Below, in pieces: positions 1 through 9,849 of a stretch of 59,537 nucleotides of DNA; the stretch's first letter is position 1, and each line of letters starts with the position of its first letter. The notes beneath the pieces were generated by a model. That model searched no databases and was not told the origin of the DNA. It worked only from the letters and a program-made list of their open reading frames with translations. Position numbers and translations under genes: made by a program. Source of the DNA: a virus. Its lineage: Duplodnaviria; Caudoviricetes. The DNA is taken from the IMG/VR virus record IMGVR_UViG_3300022665_000158, positions 1-59,537 of that record; one strand, given 5' to 3'.

Positions 1-89
1 TCGCGCCCGACGAATGCGAACCGGCGTATGAGCTGGTGGAACTACTGGACAAAGCAATTGCGAAGCTAACACGCGGAGGCTCAAAATGA
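1..89 (+). CDS. 3' end of a hypothetical protein (partial)
   Basis: Open frame from the window edge to TGA 87-89, overlapping the ATG of the HNH gene (ATGA coupling). Confidence 0.45.
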   Translation, partial: APDECEPAYELVELLDKAIAKLTRGGSK

Positions 90-541
90 GAGGCAAGATT
101 GAAGACCGCCTCCAAAAGCGGCTACTCGTTCTTTCCACTGGGTGCTGGGAATTTCAGGGTTACCGGGATAAAGATGGTTACGGTCAAATTGGGGCGGGCA
201 ACCCGTGCCATATGACACAAGCCCATAGAGAGATGTGGAAGATCGTTTTTGGCCCGATTCCGGACGGTATGTGTGTCCTCCATACTTGCGATAATCCTCC
301 GTGTTGCAATCCAGCGCATTTATGGTTGGGGACGAAGGGGGATAACAGTGCTGATCGGGATGCCAAAGGTAGAACTGCAAAAGGCGAAGAGCAAGGTAGT
401 GCCAAACTAACTGAAGAGCAGGTTCACGCTATACGGGCAGATTCGCGATCTCACCGCGTGATTGCCGCGGAATACGGAATGGGTAAAACCCAAATTGGGC
501 GGATCAAACGAAAAGAACGATGGAAGGAGATGACACTATGA
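86..541 (+). CDS. HNH homing endonuclease (HNH_3 type)
   Basis: CWEFQG..GYG, AHR, VLHTCDNPPCCNPAHL..GT..DN motifs; C-terminal HTH-like tail. Confidence 0.9.
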   Translation: MRGKIEDRLQKRLLVLSTGCWEFQGYRDKDGYGQIGAGNPCHMTQAHREMWKIVFGPIPDGMCVLHTCDNPPCCNPAHLWLGTKGDNSADRDAKGRTAKGEEQGSAKLTEEQVHAIRADSRSHRVIAAEYGMGKTQIGRIKRKERWKEMTL

Positions 542-1101
542 GAGGAAAAATTAGGATTCGTGGCGCCTGGGGCCCGCTGTCGCACGTCTACATCGCCGGC
601 GGCCCATGGACGCAAAAACCCAAGGGCTACTTCGGGATCTGCATGGCGCCCGAGGTATTGGGGGGCGACTTCACCCCGTACAAGGGGGCGAACACGCGCC
701 CGAGCGCGCCGCCCATGCCGGATATCACGGTAGACGTGGAGGACTTCTCGACGCCGGACCCGGACGCGATTCGGCTGGCCGCGCTCATGGGCCTACAGCA
801 CGCCCTGCTAGGGATCAAATCCGTCTATGTGGGGTGTGGGTTCGGGATCGGGCGAACGGGGACGCTGCTGGGGCTCATGGCCCGCATCGCGACGCCGTGG
901 ATCCAGAGCCCCGTGGAGTTCGTACGGCGGACCTACTACGCGCAGGCAATCGAGACGCAGGCGCAGCGCGACATGGTCGAAACGCTTGACGTTTCCGAAG
1001 CCAGCGCGACGTACCAGCGCTGGATATGGCGCCGGCGCCGGCTGTGCCGTACCGGCTACGTGATCCGCGAGTCGGACTGGACGGGCCTCCCCAAGGGCTA
1101 A
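538..1101 (+). CDS. protein-tyrosine/dual-specificity phosphatase-like protein
   Basis: CX5R P-loop VGCGFGIGRTG, acid loop EDFSTP, Q-loop AIETQAQ; AAGGAG SD before ATG 538. Confidence 0.8.
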   Translation: MRGKIRIRGAWGPLSHVYIAGGPWTQKPKGYFGICMAPEVLGGDFTPYKGANTRPSAPPMPDITVDVEDFSTPDPDAIRLAALMGLQHALLGIKSVYVGCGFGIGRTGTLLGLMARIATPWIQSPVEFVRRTYYAQAIETQAQRDMVETLDVSEASATYQRWIWRRRRLCRTGYVIRESDWTGLPKG

Positions 1102-1125
1102 GGTTTTTCACCGGACGGACGATAG
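1099..1125 (+). promoter_or_regulatory. sigma28/FliA-like promoter candidate
   Basis: TAAGGTTT-N11-GACGATAG just upstream of ATG 1134. Confidence 0.5.
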
Positions 1126-1133
1126 GGAACTCA

Positions 1134-2270
1134 ATGAGTCTGATCGCATCCCGTAACACGCTGCGCCACCAGCTAGCCCGGCCGCTCTGCGCCAAGCGCG
1201 ATATGACGGCGGCCCGTACGGATGAGGTGTCCAAGGCCTGCGCCACGCGGATCGAAACCTACGAAGAGCTGGGGATGCCCGTCCCCGAGACCGCGGCGCT
1301 TCAATTTTACCTAATGCAGCACGCCATGTCGGATATCCGGCAGCGGTTTGGCCCCGATCAACCGATGGGGGATGTCACAGAGATCGTTGAGTCGTACCAC
1401 AAGTTCGGCGTCGACCTCGGGCAGCGCATGTTCGTCTACCTCATGATGATCTGCACGCGCGAATCGCGACACACTCAGGGCCCGGACTCATTCCACACCA
1501 AGGCCAAGAAGCAGTTCGGCACCGTGTTTAAGGATTCCATCGACCGGATGCGGGGTATGAACCCGGACAGCGCCATTAAAATTTTCCTAGACAAGCCTCC
1601 CAACATGGACCTGGGGACATACTGCAAAGGGATGACGTGGCTGTTCAACAACGGGAAATTCAACGGCGGGTTCGGCGGGCCTCTGTGGGGCAAGATCGCC
1701 GAGCTGCTCTCATGGTTTGTGAGTGGCGAGATCAGCGCCGAGATGATGCTGGACACGGCGTTCACCCTCGCCCACAATGGCGGGCCGATCTTCAATAAGG
1801 GTATGGCGTTCCACGGGTACGACGGCACGAAGCTGCTGCTCGTGTTGAACGTGCAAGCCACCGGACAGATCCCGCATATGATCGGGAGCCTCGGCCACTA
1901 CCCGGAACTCAACACCCACGTCCCCACCGAGGTCGTTCAAGCGTACGAAATATGCCGGGAGAAACTGGGCGACACATTCGGCGGTACGATCGACTGGTTC
2001 AAGGTGGGCAAGCAAGAGGAAGCCAAGGGCTACATCTACCACATGCTGAAGGAACGGCAGGTCGAGATGTTCGGCGTGCCGTCGTGGGTGGCCAAGTCGG
2101 AGATTAAGAAACTCGAATCGGCCAATAAGGCGAAGGCCGAGCAGCTTGCGGTCGCGGTAGACAAAGTGAACGAGAAGGCCAAGCAAAAAGCCATCTTCGA
2201 CGGCGCCCACTTCACCCTTGGGCTGGGTGGGCCGCTCGTGAAGAGCAAGAGGATCCATGTCAAAAAGTAA
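1134..2270 (+). CDS. phage protein of unknown function (378 aa)
   Basis: Long ORF with phage-like codon use; motif-like blocks ICTRESRH, GFGGPLW, AHNGGPIFNKG; start moved to ATG 1134. Confidence 0.75.
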   Translation: MSLIASRNTLRHQLARPLCAKRDMTAARTDEVSKACATRIETYEELGMPVPETAALQFYLMQHAMSDIRQRFGPDQPMGDVTEIVESYHKFGVDLGQRMFVYLMMICTRESRHTQGPDSFHTKAKKQFGTVFKDSIDRMRGMNPDSAIKIFLDKPPNMDLGTYCKGMTWLFNNGKFNGGFGGPLWGKIAELLSWFVSGEISAEMMLDTAFTLAHNGGPIFNKGMAFHGYDGTKLLLVLNVQATGQIPHMIGSLGHYPELNTHVPTEVVQAYEICREKLGDTFGGTIDWFKVGKQEEAKGYIYHMLKERQVEMFGVPSWVAKSEIKKLESANKAKAEQLAVAVDKVNEKAKQKAIFDGAHFTLGLGGPLVKSKRIHVKK

Positions 2271-2922
2271 AAAGACATTGGCAACGCGGCCGTGTTGGCC
2301 CCATCCGTTGCTGGAGATCCTGCCCGGGACACACCCGGTGGCTGGGAGCGCATCCTCTAATCCTGTCGTGTATGACTACGACATATACATCGGGTTCGAC
2401 CACATGAAACTAACCAGCCGAGGGATGCCCTGGGAGACGGGGACTGAGATCCACTACCCGATTAAAGACATGAGCACGCCCACGGATGTGGCGATGTACC
2501 GGAAGCTGGTAGACTGGACGCTCGCGCAGCTGGAGGGCGGGGCCCGGGTTCATGCCGGCTGCATCGGGGGGCATGGGCGCACGGGTATGTTTTTCGTGGC
2601 GTTGGTGGCCGCGGCGACGGGCCGTAAGGATGCCATCGCCTACGTGCGGGAGCACTACTGCAAGAAGGCGTGCGAGACCGCGACGCAAATAGACTTCCTC
2701 GTCAAGCACTTCGGCGTGGATTCGGTCAAGGCCTCGAAGACCTTCGCGCCAGCCAAGGGCACGTGGACGGAGGGCGGCAACGCCGTGTTCGGCGACGACT
2801 GGCCGGAGGCCTACGGTGATGCTAGTGGTAAGGCGATCGTCCCGCTTGTGAGCAGCACAACGATTTGGGGCGACGCGCTGGACTACGGAGATGGATTCTA
2901 TGGAGACGGGCAAGATGTCTAA
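2257..2922 (+). CDS. second PTP/dual-specificity phosphatase-like protein
   Basis: CX5R P-loop HAGCIGGHGRTG, PIKDMSTP acid loop, ACETATQ Q-loop. Confidence 0.8.
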   Translation: MSKSKKTLATRPCWPHPLLEILPGTHPVAGSASSNPVVYDYDIYIGFDHMKLTSRGMPWETGTEIHYPIKDMSTPTDVAMYRKLVDWTLAQLEGGARVHAGCIGGHGRTGMFFVALVAAATGRKDAIAYVREHYCKKACETATQIDFLVKHFGVDSVKASKTFAPAKGTWTEGGNAVFGDDWPEAYGDASGKAIVPLVSSTTIWGDALDYGDGFYGDGQDV

Positions 2923-3655
2923 AGCTGTCGACAAATTCATTAACGACTTGGAAGAAAACTGGGGCGCGAAACCCAAGGCGGGGAACGTGAGCCCCACGGT
3001 GAAAGTCACGCCGACCGGGGACGGCGGGGTGACCTACACGGCGGACCCGGTGAAAGCCCCCATAGATACCCTAATGGACGCCCTCGACGAGATGGCGGAA
3101 GAACCCACACCCACGCCGATGTACGACCTGGACGCTATGAATGCGGAGCTGGACGAGGGCGAACCTACCTACGAAGAGGAATACGCGGCAGCCCATGGAA
3201 TAACACTGGACGCGGACGATATAACCGAAGAGGAGACGAAAATGACGAAAGCCACGGTACCGAAGGGTACCTTCGACGTGTCGAAACTCATGTCGGCCCC
3301 GACGGTTACGATGCTGCAAGCGACGAAGCTCTACCAGCCCGTGCGCGGGACGAGCAGCGGCAGCCGCTATTTCATCATTGCGCTTAGCCCGGCGCTCAAG
3401 GTGGCCGCGCGATGGAAACAGGCTCCCGCTTCCGAAGGGCTCGCGCTGCGGGTCGAAGGGAAGGGGCTGACGAACCCCTACACCGTCAAGTTGCTTGAGC
3501 AGATCGGGCTCGACAAAAAGAGCGAGGTTCACATGAGCGCCCACCTGACCGTGACGAACGATATCGAAGCGCGCAAGGCAATCGGGGCGCTGCTGTACGC
3601 GATCAACGAACCGTGGACGACGCCTCGCCCGGACCCGGAGGTGATCTGCGTATGA
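2915..3655 (+). CDS. hypothetical protein with acidic N-terminal half
   Basis: Coupled ORF; D/E-rich first ~100 aa followed by a basic globular domain. Confidence 0.65.
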   Translation: MSKAVDKFINDLEENWGAKPKAGNVSPTVKVTPTGDGGVTYTADPVKAPIDTLMDALDEMAEEPTPTPMYDLDAMNAELDEGEPTYEEEYAAAHGITLDADDITEEETKMTKATVPKGTFDVSKLMSAPTVTMLQATKLYQPVRGTSSGSRYFIIALSPALKVAARWKQAPASEGLALRVEGKGLTNPYTVKLLEQIGLDKKSEVHMSAHLTVTNDIEARKAIGALLYAINEPWTTPRPDPEVICV

Positions 3656-4017
3656 CCGAGCGAGCTATTCCGCTGATAAAGCCGATGTTTACCGTCAAGG
3701 AATTGACGGCGCTGCGGGTCGGCGACGTGATCGACACGGGCGCCTTCGTGTTCGAGAACCTGTCCGAGAAGGAATGCGTGACCCTCACCGTCCGACGGCG
3801 CGTGATTAAGAACAAGCTAGTGGAGTTCGAGGTGTCCTACTTCGGGATCAATATCGGCACGTGGATCGCGCAAGTCGCCGTGTCGGATCCGAGGGAGGAA
3901 AGCGGCCCCGACCGTGTGCTGTGGATGGATCAAAATAAATCCCGGGCGGATCGAGAAGCCAAGGGGAAAGAGACCAAAAAGAAAATGGGCGGTAAGCGCG
4001 CCCGGAGGTATCACTAA
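3652..4017 (+). CDS. hypothetical protein
   Basis: ATGA overlap with the upstream gene, GGAGG SD. Confidence 0.6.
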   Translation: MTERAIPLIKPMFTVKELTALRVGDVIDTGAFVFENLSEKECVTLTVRRRVIKNKLVEFEVSYFGINIGTWIAQVAVSDPREESGPDRVLWMDQNKSRADREAKGKETKKKMGGKRARRYH

Positions 4018-4424
4018 TGCGGGTCCACGTAGCTGAGCGATTCTGCGACGCCCTCGCCATGACGATGTATCTCGAAACCGCGGGCGTCGCTGGTGAGGTC
4101 GTGGTGTTCGTCAACCTGAGCGATGACCTGCGGATCCCGGTCAAGCTGAAGACGATCAGCCACTTCGACGCCGGCGCGGGTAACGACGCCGCGATCCTTC
4201 TGGACGGCCCGGGTGACTTGCTCATGTTTCTGGGGTACTGTAAGAAATCTGATCGACTGCACCTAGCACTCATCGACAGCGCCAAGATGAAGCGCCCCCC
4301 GAAAGAGATCATGAGGTCTAGCAGCTTTGTTAAACTCGCCCTCAAGCAATTCAACGAAGAAGGCGCCGTACGTGGCCGGTGGACGCAGAAGGCCCGTACC
4401 GCGAAGTGGTTGCACGCCGCATAG
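4017..4424 (+). CDS. hypothetical protein upstream of DNA polymerase
   Basis: TAATG coupling, GGAGG SD. Confidence 0.65.
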   Translation: MRVHVAERFCDALAMTMYLETAGVAGEVVVFVNLSDDLRIPVKLKTISHFDAGAGNDAAILLDGPGDLLMFLGYCKKSDRLHLALIDSAKMKRPPKEIMRSSSFVKLALKQFNEEGAVRGRWTQKARTAKWLHAA

Positions 4425-4436
4425 GGGGATCCCCCC

Positions 4437-6839
4437 GTGCTGGTGATATGGACGAACGCCACCGGCAAAGCCCTCAAGAAATCGGTCAGCGAACCGCTCA
4501 CCGCCCTCGGCGCCAAGTGGGAAGTGATCCCGGTCAGCCACATTCCCAAGGTGGCGCCCGGGGACGTCGTGCTCGCGATGGGGGTGCAAGCGCTTGCACG
4601 TCTGCAATCGTTCAAGATGGTCCCCAAGGGCCGCAGCATCAAGAGCGTCCGCGGGCAGTGCTTCACGGGGCCCAACACCGCGGCCAAGTTTCTGGTGACC
4701 TACGATCCGGGCCTCGTTCACCGCGAGCCCGATAAGGGGCCCATGATCAGCTGGGATGCCCGCCTCGCTCACCGCCTGTACACCACGAAAACGATGGTCC
4801 CCGAGGTCGGCGAGTACGAATGGGTGGATGACCTCAGCGCGCTGATCGCGCAGACGGATCGCCCCGGGCCCATATTCCTCGGCGTCGACGCGGAGACCGA
4901 GAATCTCTTCCCTCACTACCCGGAGCGGCAGATCGTCACCACGCAATGGGCGGTAAAGCCGGGCGAGGCTTACGTGGTCGACCACTTCACGAAGAACGGC
5001 GGCGAGTTGACCCCGTTGCTGCGCGAGCAAATGGAGTACCTGCTACACGAGCCCAAGTTCCGTGTATGGGGCGCAAACCTGAAGTTCGACTTGGGGTGGC
5101 TCCATTACAAATGGGGGCTTACGTGCTCGAATTTCACGTTCGACCTGCTCATAGCCGCGTCGCTGGTAGACGAGAACCGGGTCAACTCGCTGAATGCGCT
5201 GACGAAGGAACTCACCCCCACGCTGGGTGGCTACGATGACGAGTTCGAGCGGACCGCCGATAAGTCCGACATGGCCACGGAGCTGGCGAAAGATCGAGAC
5301 GGGTTCCTGATCTACTCGGGCGGGGATGCAGACGCCACCCTACGCAACGGGCTGAAGCTCCGGAAGATGCTCGCGAGCGACTACGCGCTGACTCGATTCT
5401 TCACGACGATTTCCATGCCGGCCGTGCGGGCCTTCGAGCGCGTCGAACAGCGGGGCGTGCTGGTAGACGTCGCCAAATACAAGGCGCTGGAGATCGAAGC
5501 CAAGGCGGAGCAGAAGCGGCTGACTACAGAGGCCTTCGCGCAGATCCCGCATACGATCAAGGCGAAGCACTACCCCAAGCTGAAGCTCTCGCGCGCGGCC
5601 CTGAAGATCGACTACCTGTTCGGACCGAACGGCCTGGGGCTGACCCCCACGGTCTCCACGGAGAAGACGAAGGACTACCCGCCCGACAAGCAGATTCCCT
5701 CAGTGTCGATCGACGACCATCTGTCCCAATTCGCGGACCACCCCGTGGCGGGTAAGTTCGTGAATTGCCTAAAGGACTTAGGGCAGGTTGAGAAGGTGCT
5801 GTCGACTTACATTGGGACGAAAGACGCGAAGGGCAACTACGTGAAGGGGTTTCTGTCTCACCTGAGGCCCGACAATCGGTTCCACCCGACCTACATGCTG
5901 TATGCCGGCGCTCTCTTCGAAGGCAAGAGCGACGTGGGCGGGACGGTCACCGGGCGCACGAGCGTCAAGAATCCCGCGATGCAGACCCTTCCGAAGCATT
6001 CCGACTGGGGCAAGAAGCTCCGCAAGTGCTACATCTCGCCGGAAGATATGGCGTGCTGGCAACTGGACTTCTCGCAGGGGGAGCTGCGCGTCGCCGCGTG
6101 CCTTGCGGACGAGAAAGACATGATCGCCGCCTACCGGGCCGGGGTCGATATCCACGCGAAGACCGCTGCGCGCATGATCGGCGTGCCGCTGGACGAGTTC
6201 ATGTCGTGGAAGAAGCACGTGGATCCGGAGATGCGAGCCAAGTACGCCAACGGCCGCCAAAAGGCCAAGGCTGTGAACTTCGGGCTCTTGTACAGCATGG
6301 GCGCCAAGGGGCTAGTGTCGTACGCATGGAAAAGTTACAGCGTCGTGTTCACACTGGCCGAGGCTCAGGAAACCCGAGACACGTTTTTCGAGACCTACCC
6401 AAAGCTGGAGGACTGGCACGAGAAGATGCGGATGCTGGCGCACAGGGACAAAGCCGTACGCTCCCCACTCGGGCGGATCCGCCACCTACCCCACATTGAC
6501 AGCACGGACAAGGCGACGGTCGGCCGGGCGGAACGGCAAGCGATCAACTCCCCGGTGCAATCCTGCCTCTCGGACCTGTGCCTGTGGGGATTGGTTGAAG
6601 TCGAGAAACGATTCGAGACGCGGCAAGAGCGCTTCCACACGGTGGGCATGACTCACGACAGTTTGAACGGCTACGGCCACGTGGACACGCTCGAAGCGGA
6701 TCTCGCTGAAGCTGCTAAAGTGGTGGAGGCGCTACCGATTCGCGACACGTTCGAATGGAATCACCAGATCCCGTTTCCGGTCGACGCCGAGATCGGGCCG
6801 ACCATGGGCGAGCTAGAGGAGTTTCCGATAGCCGCGTAG
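4437..6839 (+). CDS. polA: family A DNA polymerase with 3'-5' exonuclease and a degenerate N-terminal UDG-like domain
   Basis: Exo motifs DAETE, NLKFD, YSGGDAD; pol motif A DFSQGELR, B RQKAKAVNFGLLY, C HDS; N-terminal VLAMG..A and TYDP blocks resemble the SPO1-type UDG-like domain. Confidence 0.95.
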   Translation: MLVIWTNATGKALKKSVSEPLTALGAKWEVIPVSHIPKVAPGDVVLAMGVQALARLQSFKMVPKGRSIKSVRGQCFTGPNTAAKFLVTYDPGLVHREPDKGPMISWDARLAHRLYTTKTMVPEVGEYEWVDDLSALIAQTDRPGPIFLGVDAETENLFPHYPERQIVTTQWAVKPGEAYVVDHFTKNGGELTPLLREQMEYLLHEPKFRVWGANLKFDLGWLHYKWGLTCSNFTFDLLIAASLVDENRVNSLNALTKELTPTLGGYDDEFERTADKSDMATELAKDRDGFLIYSGGDADATLRNGLKLRKMLASDYALTRFFTTISMPAVRAFERVEQRGVLVDVAKYKALEIEAKAEQKRLTTEAFAQIPHTIKAKHYPKLKLSRAALKIDYLFGPNGLGLTPTVSTEKTKDYPPDKQIPSVSIDDHLSQFADHPVAGKFVNCLKDLGQVEKVLSTYIGTKDAKGNYVKGFLSHLRPDNRFHPTYMLYAGALFEGKSDVGGTVTGRTSVKNPAMQTLPKHSDWGKKLRKCYISPEDMACWQLDFSQGELRVAACLADEKDMIAAYRAGVDIHAKTAARMIGVPLDEFMSWKKHVDPEMRAKYANGRQKAKAVNFGLLYSMGAKGLVSYAWKSYSVVFTLAEAQETRDTFFETYPKLEDWHEKMRMLAHRDKAVRSPLGRIRHLPHIDSTDKATVGRAERQAINSPVQSCLSDLCLWGLVEVEKRFETRQERFHTVGMTHDSLNGYGHVDTLEADLAEAAKVVEALPIRDTFEWNHQIPFPVDAEIGPTMGELEEFPIAA
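4585..4598. repeat. 14-bp palindrome TGCAAGCGCTTGCA, copy 1
   Basis: Exact match inside polA. Confidence 0.95.
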
Positions 6840-6866
6840 GCTCTCTAGATCTGCTAGGATGCGAAG

Positions 6867-8864
6867 ATGGCCATCAAGAAGAAAACCTCCGGCGTGAAGA
6901 AGACCGAACCCACGACCGTAGAGGAGGCCGAACCCACCCCCGTAGAGAAAGATGATTCCACACCCAAGCGGGGCCGAGTGATCGTCTACCAGGGCGGCCC
7001 TAGTCAGTCGCTCAACGTGTTGAACCAGCACACCCCGCCGTCCCCGATCCCCAGGACAAAGGACAAGGCGGACGTGAATCCGGCCGTCGCCGACGTCCAC
7101 GACGCGTTCATCAATTTCCAGACAGTGCCAGGGAGCCGCGATCAACTGCTCCAGCCGCCGTTCAACTTCGATGTCGTCGCCGACCTCGTGAGCAAGAACT
7201 CGATACTGCCCCCGCTGATCGACGCCATGGTCGTGAACATTGATGGCACCGGGGCGGAGATCATCGTCAATGAGAAGTTGATCGATGAGGACAAGGAAGG
7301 CGACGACAGGGTTGCCGCCGACAAGATTGAGAGGAAAGAGAAGGCCGCCATCCAAGAATACTTCGACGAGCCGTTCCCCGGGCAGTCGTTCCTAACCCAA
7401 CGCCGTCAGATGCGGGCCGAGCAGGAGAGCATCGGCAACGCCTACCTCGAAGTGATGCGGAACGCAAAGCAAGAGGTCGTGTTCTGGAAGCCGATCATAC
7501 CCGCCAAGAACATCCGACTCGTGCGGCTGGACGACGCGGTCGACGTCACGAAAACCGTGAAGCGCAACGGTATCGATCAGGAAGTGGTCGTCTCCGTGCG
7601 GGAGCGCCGGTATGTGCAAGCGCTCGGGAAGAACATCGTTTGGTTTAAGGATTTCGGCGTGAGCCGCGACCTCAACAAGGCGAACGGCGAGTGGGCGCCC
7701 CTTGGCACTCTCAACTTTGAAGACCGCGCGAACGAGATCATTCACTACATCAACAAGGCCGATCCGTTCAGCCCGTACGGCCTGCCCCGCTGGTGGAGCA
7801 ACGCCCCCAGCGTCATCGGCTCGCGGCGCGCGGAAGAATTCAATCTCATGTTTTTCGACTCGGGCGGCATCCCGCCCATGATGGTGATCGTATCCGGAGG
7901 CGCGCTCGCGGTGGAAGCCGAGAAGGCACTGCGGGACCACTTCATGGCGACGGGGCCGACGCGACACGCGGCCATTGTGCTGGAGGCCTATGGCACCGGC
8001 GGCGATATCGACAAGCCCTCGAACGTCAAGATTCAGATTGAACGGTTCGGCAGCGAGCGCCAGAGTGATAGCTTCTTCGAGAACTACATCGAACGATGCG
8101 ACCACCGGGTCCAGCGTTCGTTCCGGATCCCGGCCCAATTCCTGGGCATGAGCGACGACTTCACGTTCGCTACCGCCCTGTCGTCGATGATGGTCGTCGA
8201 GGCTCAGGTCTTCTCGTCCGAGCGGGCCGAGTTCGATGAGGCTATCAATCTGAAGCTCATGCCGGAGCTGCCGAACGGCGAGAAGTACATCTACCGATCC
8301 AAGAAGCTCTCGCTCGCGGACGCTGAGAGACAACTCTCGGGCTTGGGCCTGATCAAGACCCTGCTCCCGCCGAAGATCTTGGTTGAGCGCGTCGGGGAAG
8401 TCGTGGGTTGGCCGGACCTCACGCTGAGCGACGAAGAGCTGGAAGAGATCGGCGTGCAGCGGGAGAGGGAGTTCGAGCTGAAGACCCGACTGAGCTTCTT
8501 GAGGGGTTCGAGCCCCAGCCCCGATGACAAGAAACCGGGAGACAAGAAACCGGACGACAAGAAGAAGCCGCCGGTCGACGCCAAGGGCAAGCCGATCAAG
8601 AAGTACGACTTCCTGCCCGGAGTCATCTCGCTCGCGGCTGATATGGGCGAGGTGTTGCAGATTGGTTTCGCGCGGCCGGAAGAGGCCCGCGCATTCCAAG
8701 CACTCCGGAAGAAAGTCGAGACGCTTGACGCCGACTCTCTGGATCAGTTTCGGACGCTGCTGGTGGCGAACCTGCTACCCGCCTTCGAGCATGACCCGAA
8801 CGGCGCTCACGAGCTGATCACGCAGGTCTTCGAGGTGGACCACGAGCGAACAAGGCTGAGCTAA
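6867..8864 (+). CDS. portal protein (PBSX/XkdE-like)
   Basis: IGNAYLEV.R, NEIIH, PYGLPRW, FFDSGGIP and FR.P..LG portal motifs; followed by a head-morphogenesis gene. Confidence 0.9.
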   Translation: MAIKKKTSGVKKTEPTTVEEAEPTPVEKDDSTPKRGRVIVYQGGPSQSLNVLNQHTPPSPIPRTKDKADVNPAVADVHDAFINFQTVPGSRDQLLQPPFNFDVVADLVSKNSILPPLIDAMVVNIDGTGAEIIVNEKLIDEDKEGDDRVAADKIERKEKAAIQEYFDEPFPGQSFLTQRRQMRAEQESIGNAYLEVMRNAKQEVVFWKPIIPAKNIRLVRLDDAVDVTKTVKRNGIDQEVVVSVRERRYVQALGKNIVWFKDFGVSRDLNKANGEWAPLGTLNFEDRANEIIHYINKADPFSPYGLPRWWSNAPSVIGSRRAEEFNLMFFDSGGIPPMMVIVSGGALAVEAEKALRDHFMATGPTRHAAIVLEAYGTGGDIDKPSNVKIQIERFGSERQSDSFFENYIERCDHRVQRSFRIPAQFLGMSDDFTFATALSSMMVVEAQVFSSERAEFDEAINLKLMPELPNGEKYIYRSKKLSLADAERQLSGLGLIKTLLPPKILVERVGEVVGWPDLTLSDEELEEIGVQREREFELKTRLSFLRGSSPSPDDKKPGDKKPDDKKKPPVDAKGKPIKKYDFLPGVISLAADMGEVLQIGFARPEEARAFQALRKKVETLDADSLDQFRTLLVANLLPAFEHDPNGAHELITQVFEVDHERTRLS

Positions 8865-9808
8865 TGGCCTCGAATCGATCGTTCATCACGCTAGAGGAAT
8901 CGCTGGCCCGCAAGCTGTACCTTGACTGGCGCCGGCGCACTGCGAACGAGATCACCGTCAACGCCACGAAGCAAGCCCGCGCCGGGGACTGGGCGGAAGC
9001 CAAGCGCACAATACGCGGACTGACCTTCGCTCCCACCATGGCAGCCAAGGCGGGCCTTATCGATCAGATCGCGCTCGGCGCCTACATGCTCGGCCAAAGT
9101 TTCTTCGTGGACGGCGTCGTGAAGGATGGGGAGCTGGCCCGGGGTAAGGAAGTCGAGCCTATTCAGATCGTCATGGCCGCGGGCATCATGACGGTAGGCC
9201 TTGAACAATCCATTGAGGCTGTACGCCTCAGCGCTATGGACATTCTCGACGAATGGGAGCAGGCGGAGACCGAGAAGAACACGGTTTTCAAGGCGATCAT
9301 CCCGGGGTTCGGGGCCAAGCTCAACTCCGCGGTTGCCAGCGGCAAGGTTGCGATCGACACGGCGGCGAACCTCACGACGTCACGGCTGGCGTCGTTCGGC
9401 GCGCTCTCGCAAGCCTCGGCCCTGGGGGCCGGTACCTATCAAATCTCCGAAGTGCTGGACCTCGTGACGTGCGCGGTATGCCGGCGGATGCACGGGCGGA
9501 CGTTCCAAGTGGCGCCCGCGCTCGACGCCTCGTTCAATACTCTGATGACCGCGAATCCGATGGAGCTGGCGACGTCCGAACCGTGGCCCTCCCAGTCGCG
9601 GGAAGGCATATCTGAGCTGTCAGGCATGTCAGAGGAAGAGCTGGTGGCGGCTCAATGGAACCGGCCGCCCTTTCACCCTCATTGCCGGGGGATCCTAGTC
9701 CCCCAGGGGGTAGTGCCGGGCGGCCAAATGATCGACTTCGCGCCGCTGGCGCTCGGTCTAACGGCCGCTGAGGCCGCGGCAGCCGAAATAGCTGAGGCCC
9801 TGAGCTGA
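8864..9808 (+). CDS. head morphogenesis protein (SPP1 gp7/Mu gpF-like)
   Basis: D..TCAVC..MHG and PPFHPHCR motifs, directly after the portal. Confidence 0.85.
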   Translation: MASNRSFITLEESLARKLYLDWRRRTANEITVNATKQARAGDWAEAKRTIRGLTFAPTMAAKAGLIDQIALGAYMLGQSFFVDGVVKDGELARGKEVEPIQIVMAAGIMTVGLEQSIEAVRLSAMDILDEWEQAETEKNTVFKAIIPGFGAKLNSAVASGKVAIDTAANLTTSRLASFGALSQASALGAGTYQISEVLDLVTCAVCRRMHGRTFQVAPALDASFNTLMTANPMELATSEPWPSQSREGISELSGMSEEELVAAQWNRPPFHPHCRGILVPQGVVPGGQMIDFAPLALGLTAAEAAAAEIAEALS

Positions 9809-9814
9809 ATTCCC

Positions 9815-9842
9815 TAAGGTTTAGGTGAGGGCCTGCCGATAA
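9815..9842 (+). promoter_or_regulatory. sigma28/FliA-like promoter candidate
   Basis: Intergenic TAAGGTTT-N12-GCCGATAA (consensus TAAAGTTT-N11-GCCGATAA). Confidence 0.6.
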
Positions 9843-9849
9843 GTAGAAC

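Noticed and set aside
8520-8600. Short GACAAGAA repeats near the portal 3' end
   Set aside because: They encode a low-complexity PDDKKP linker
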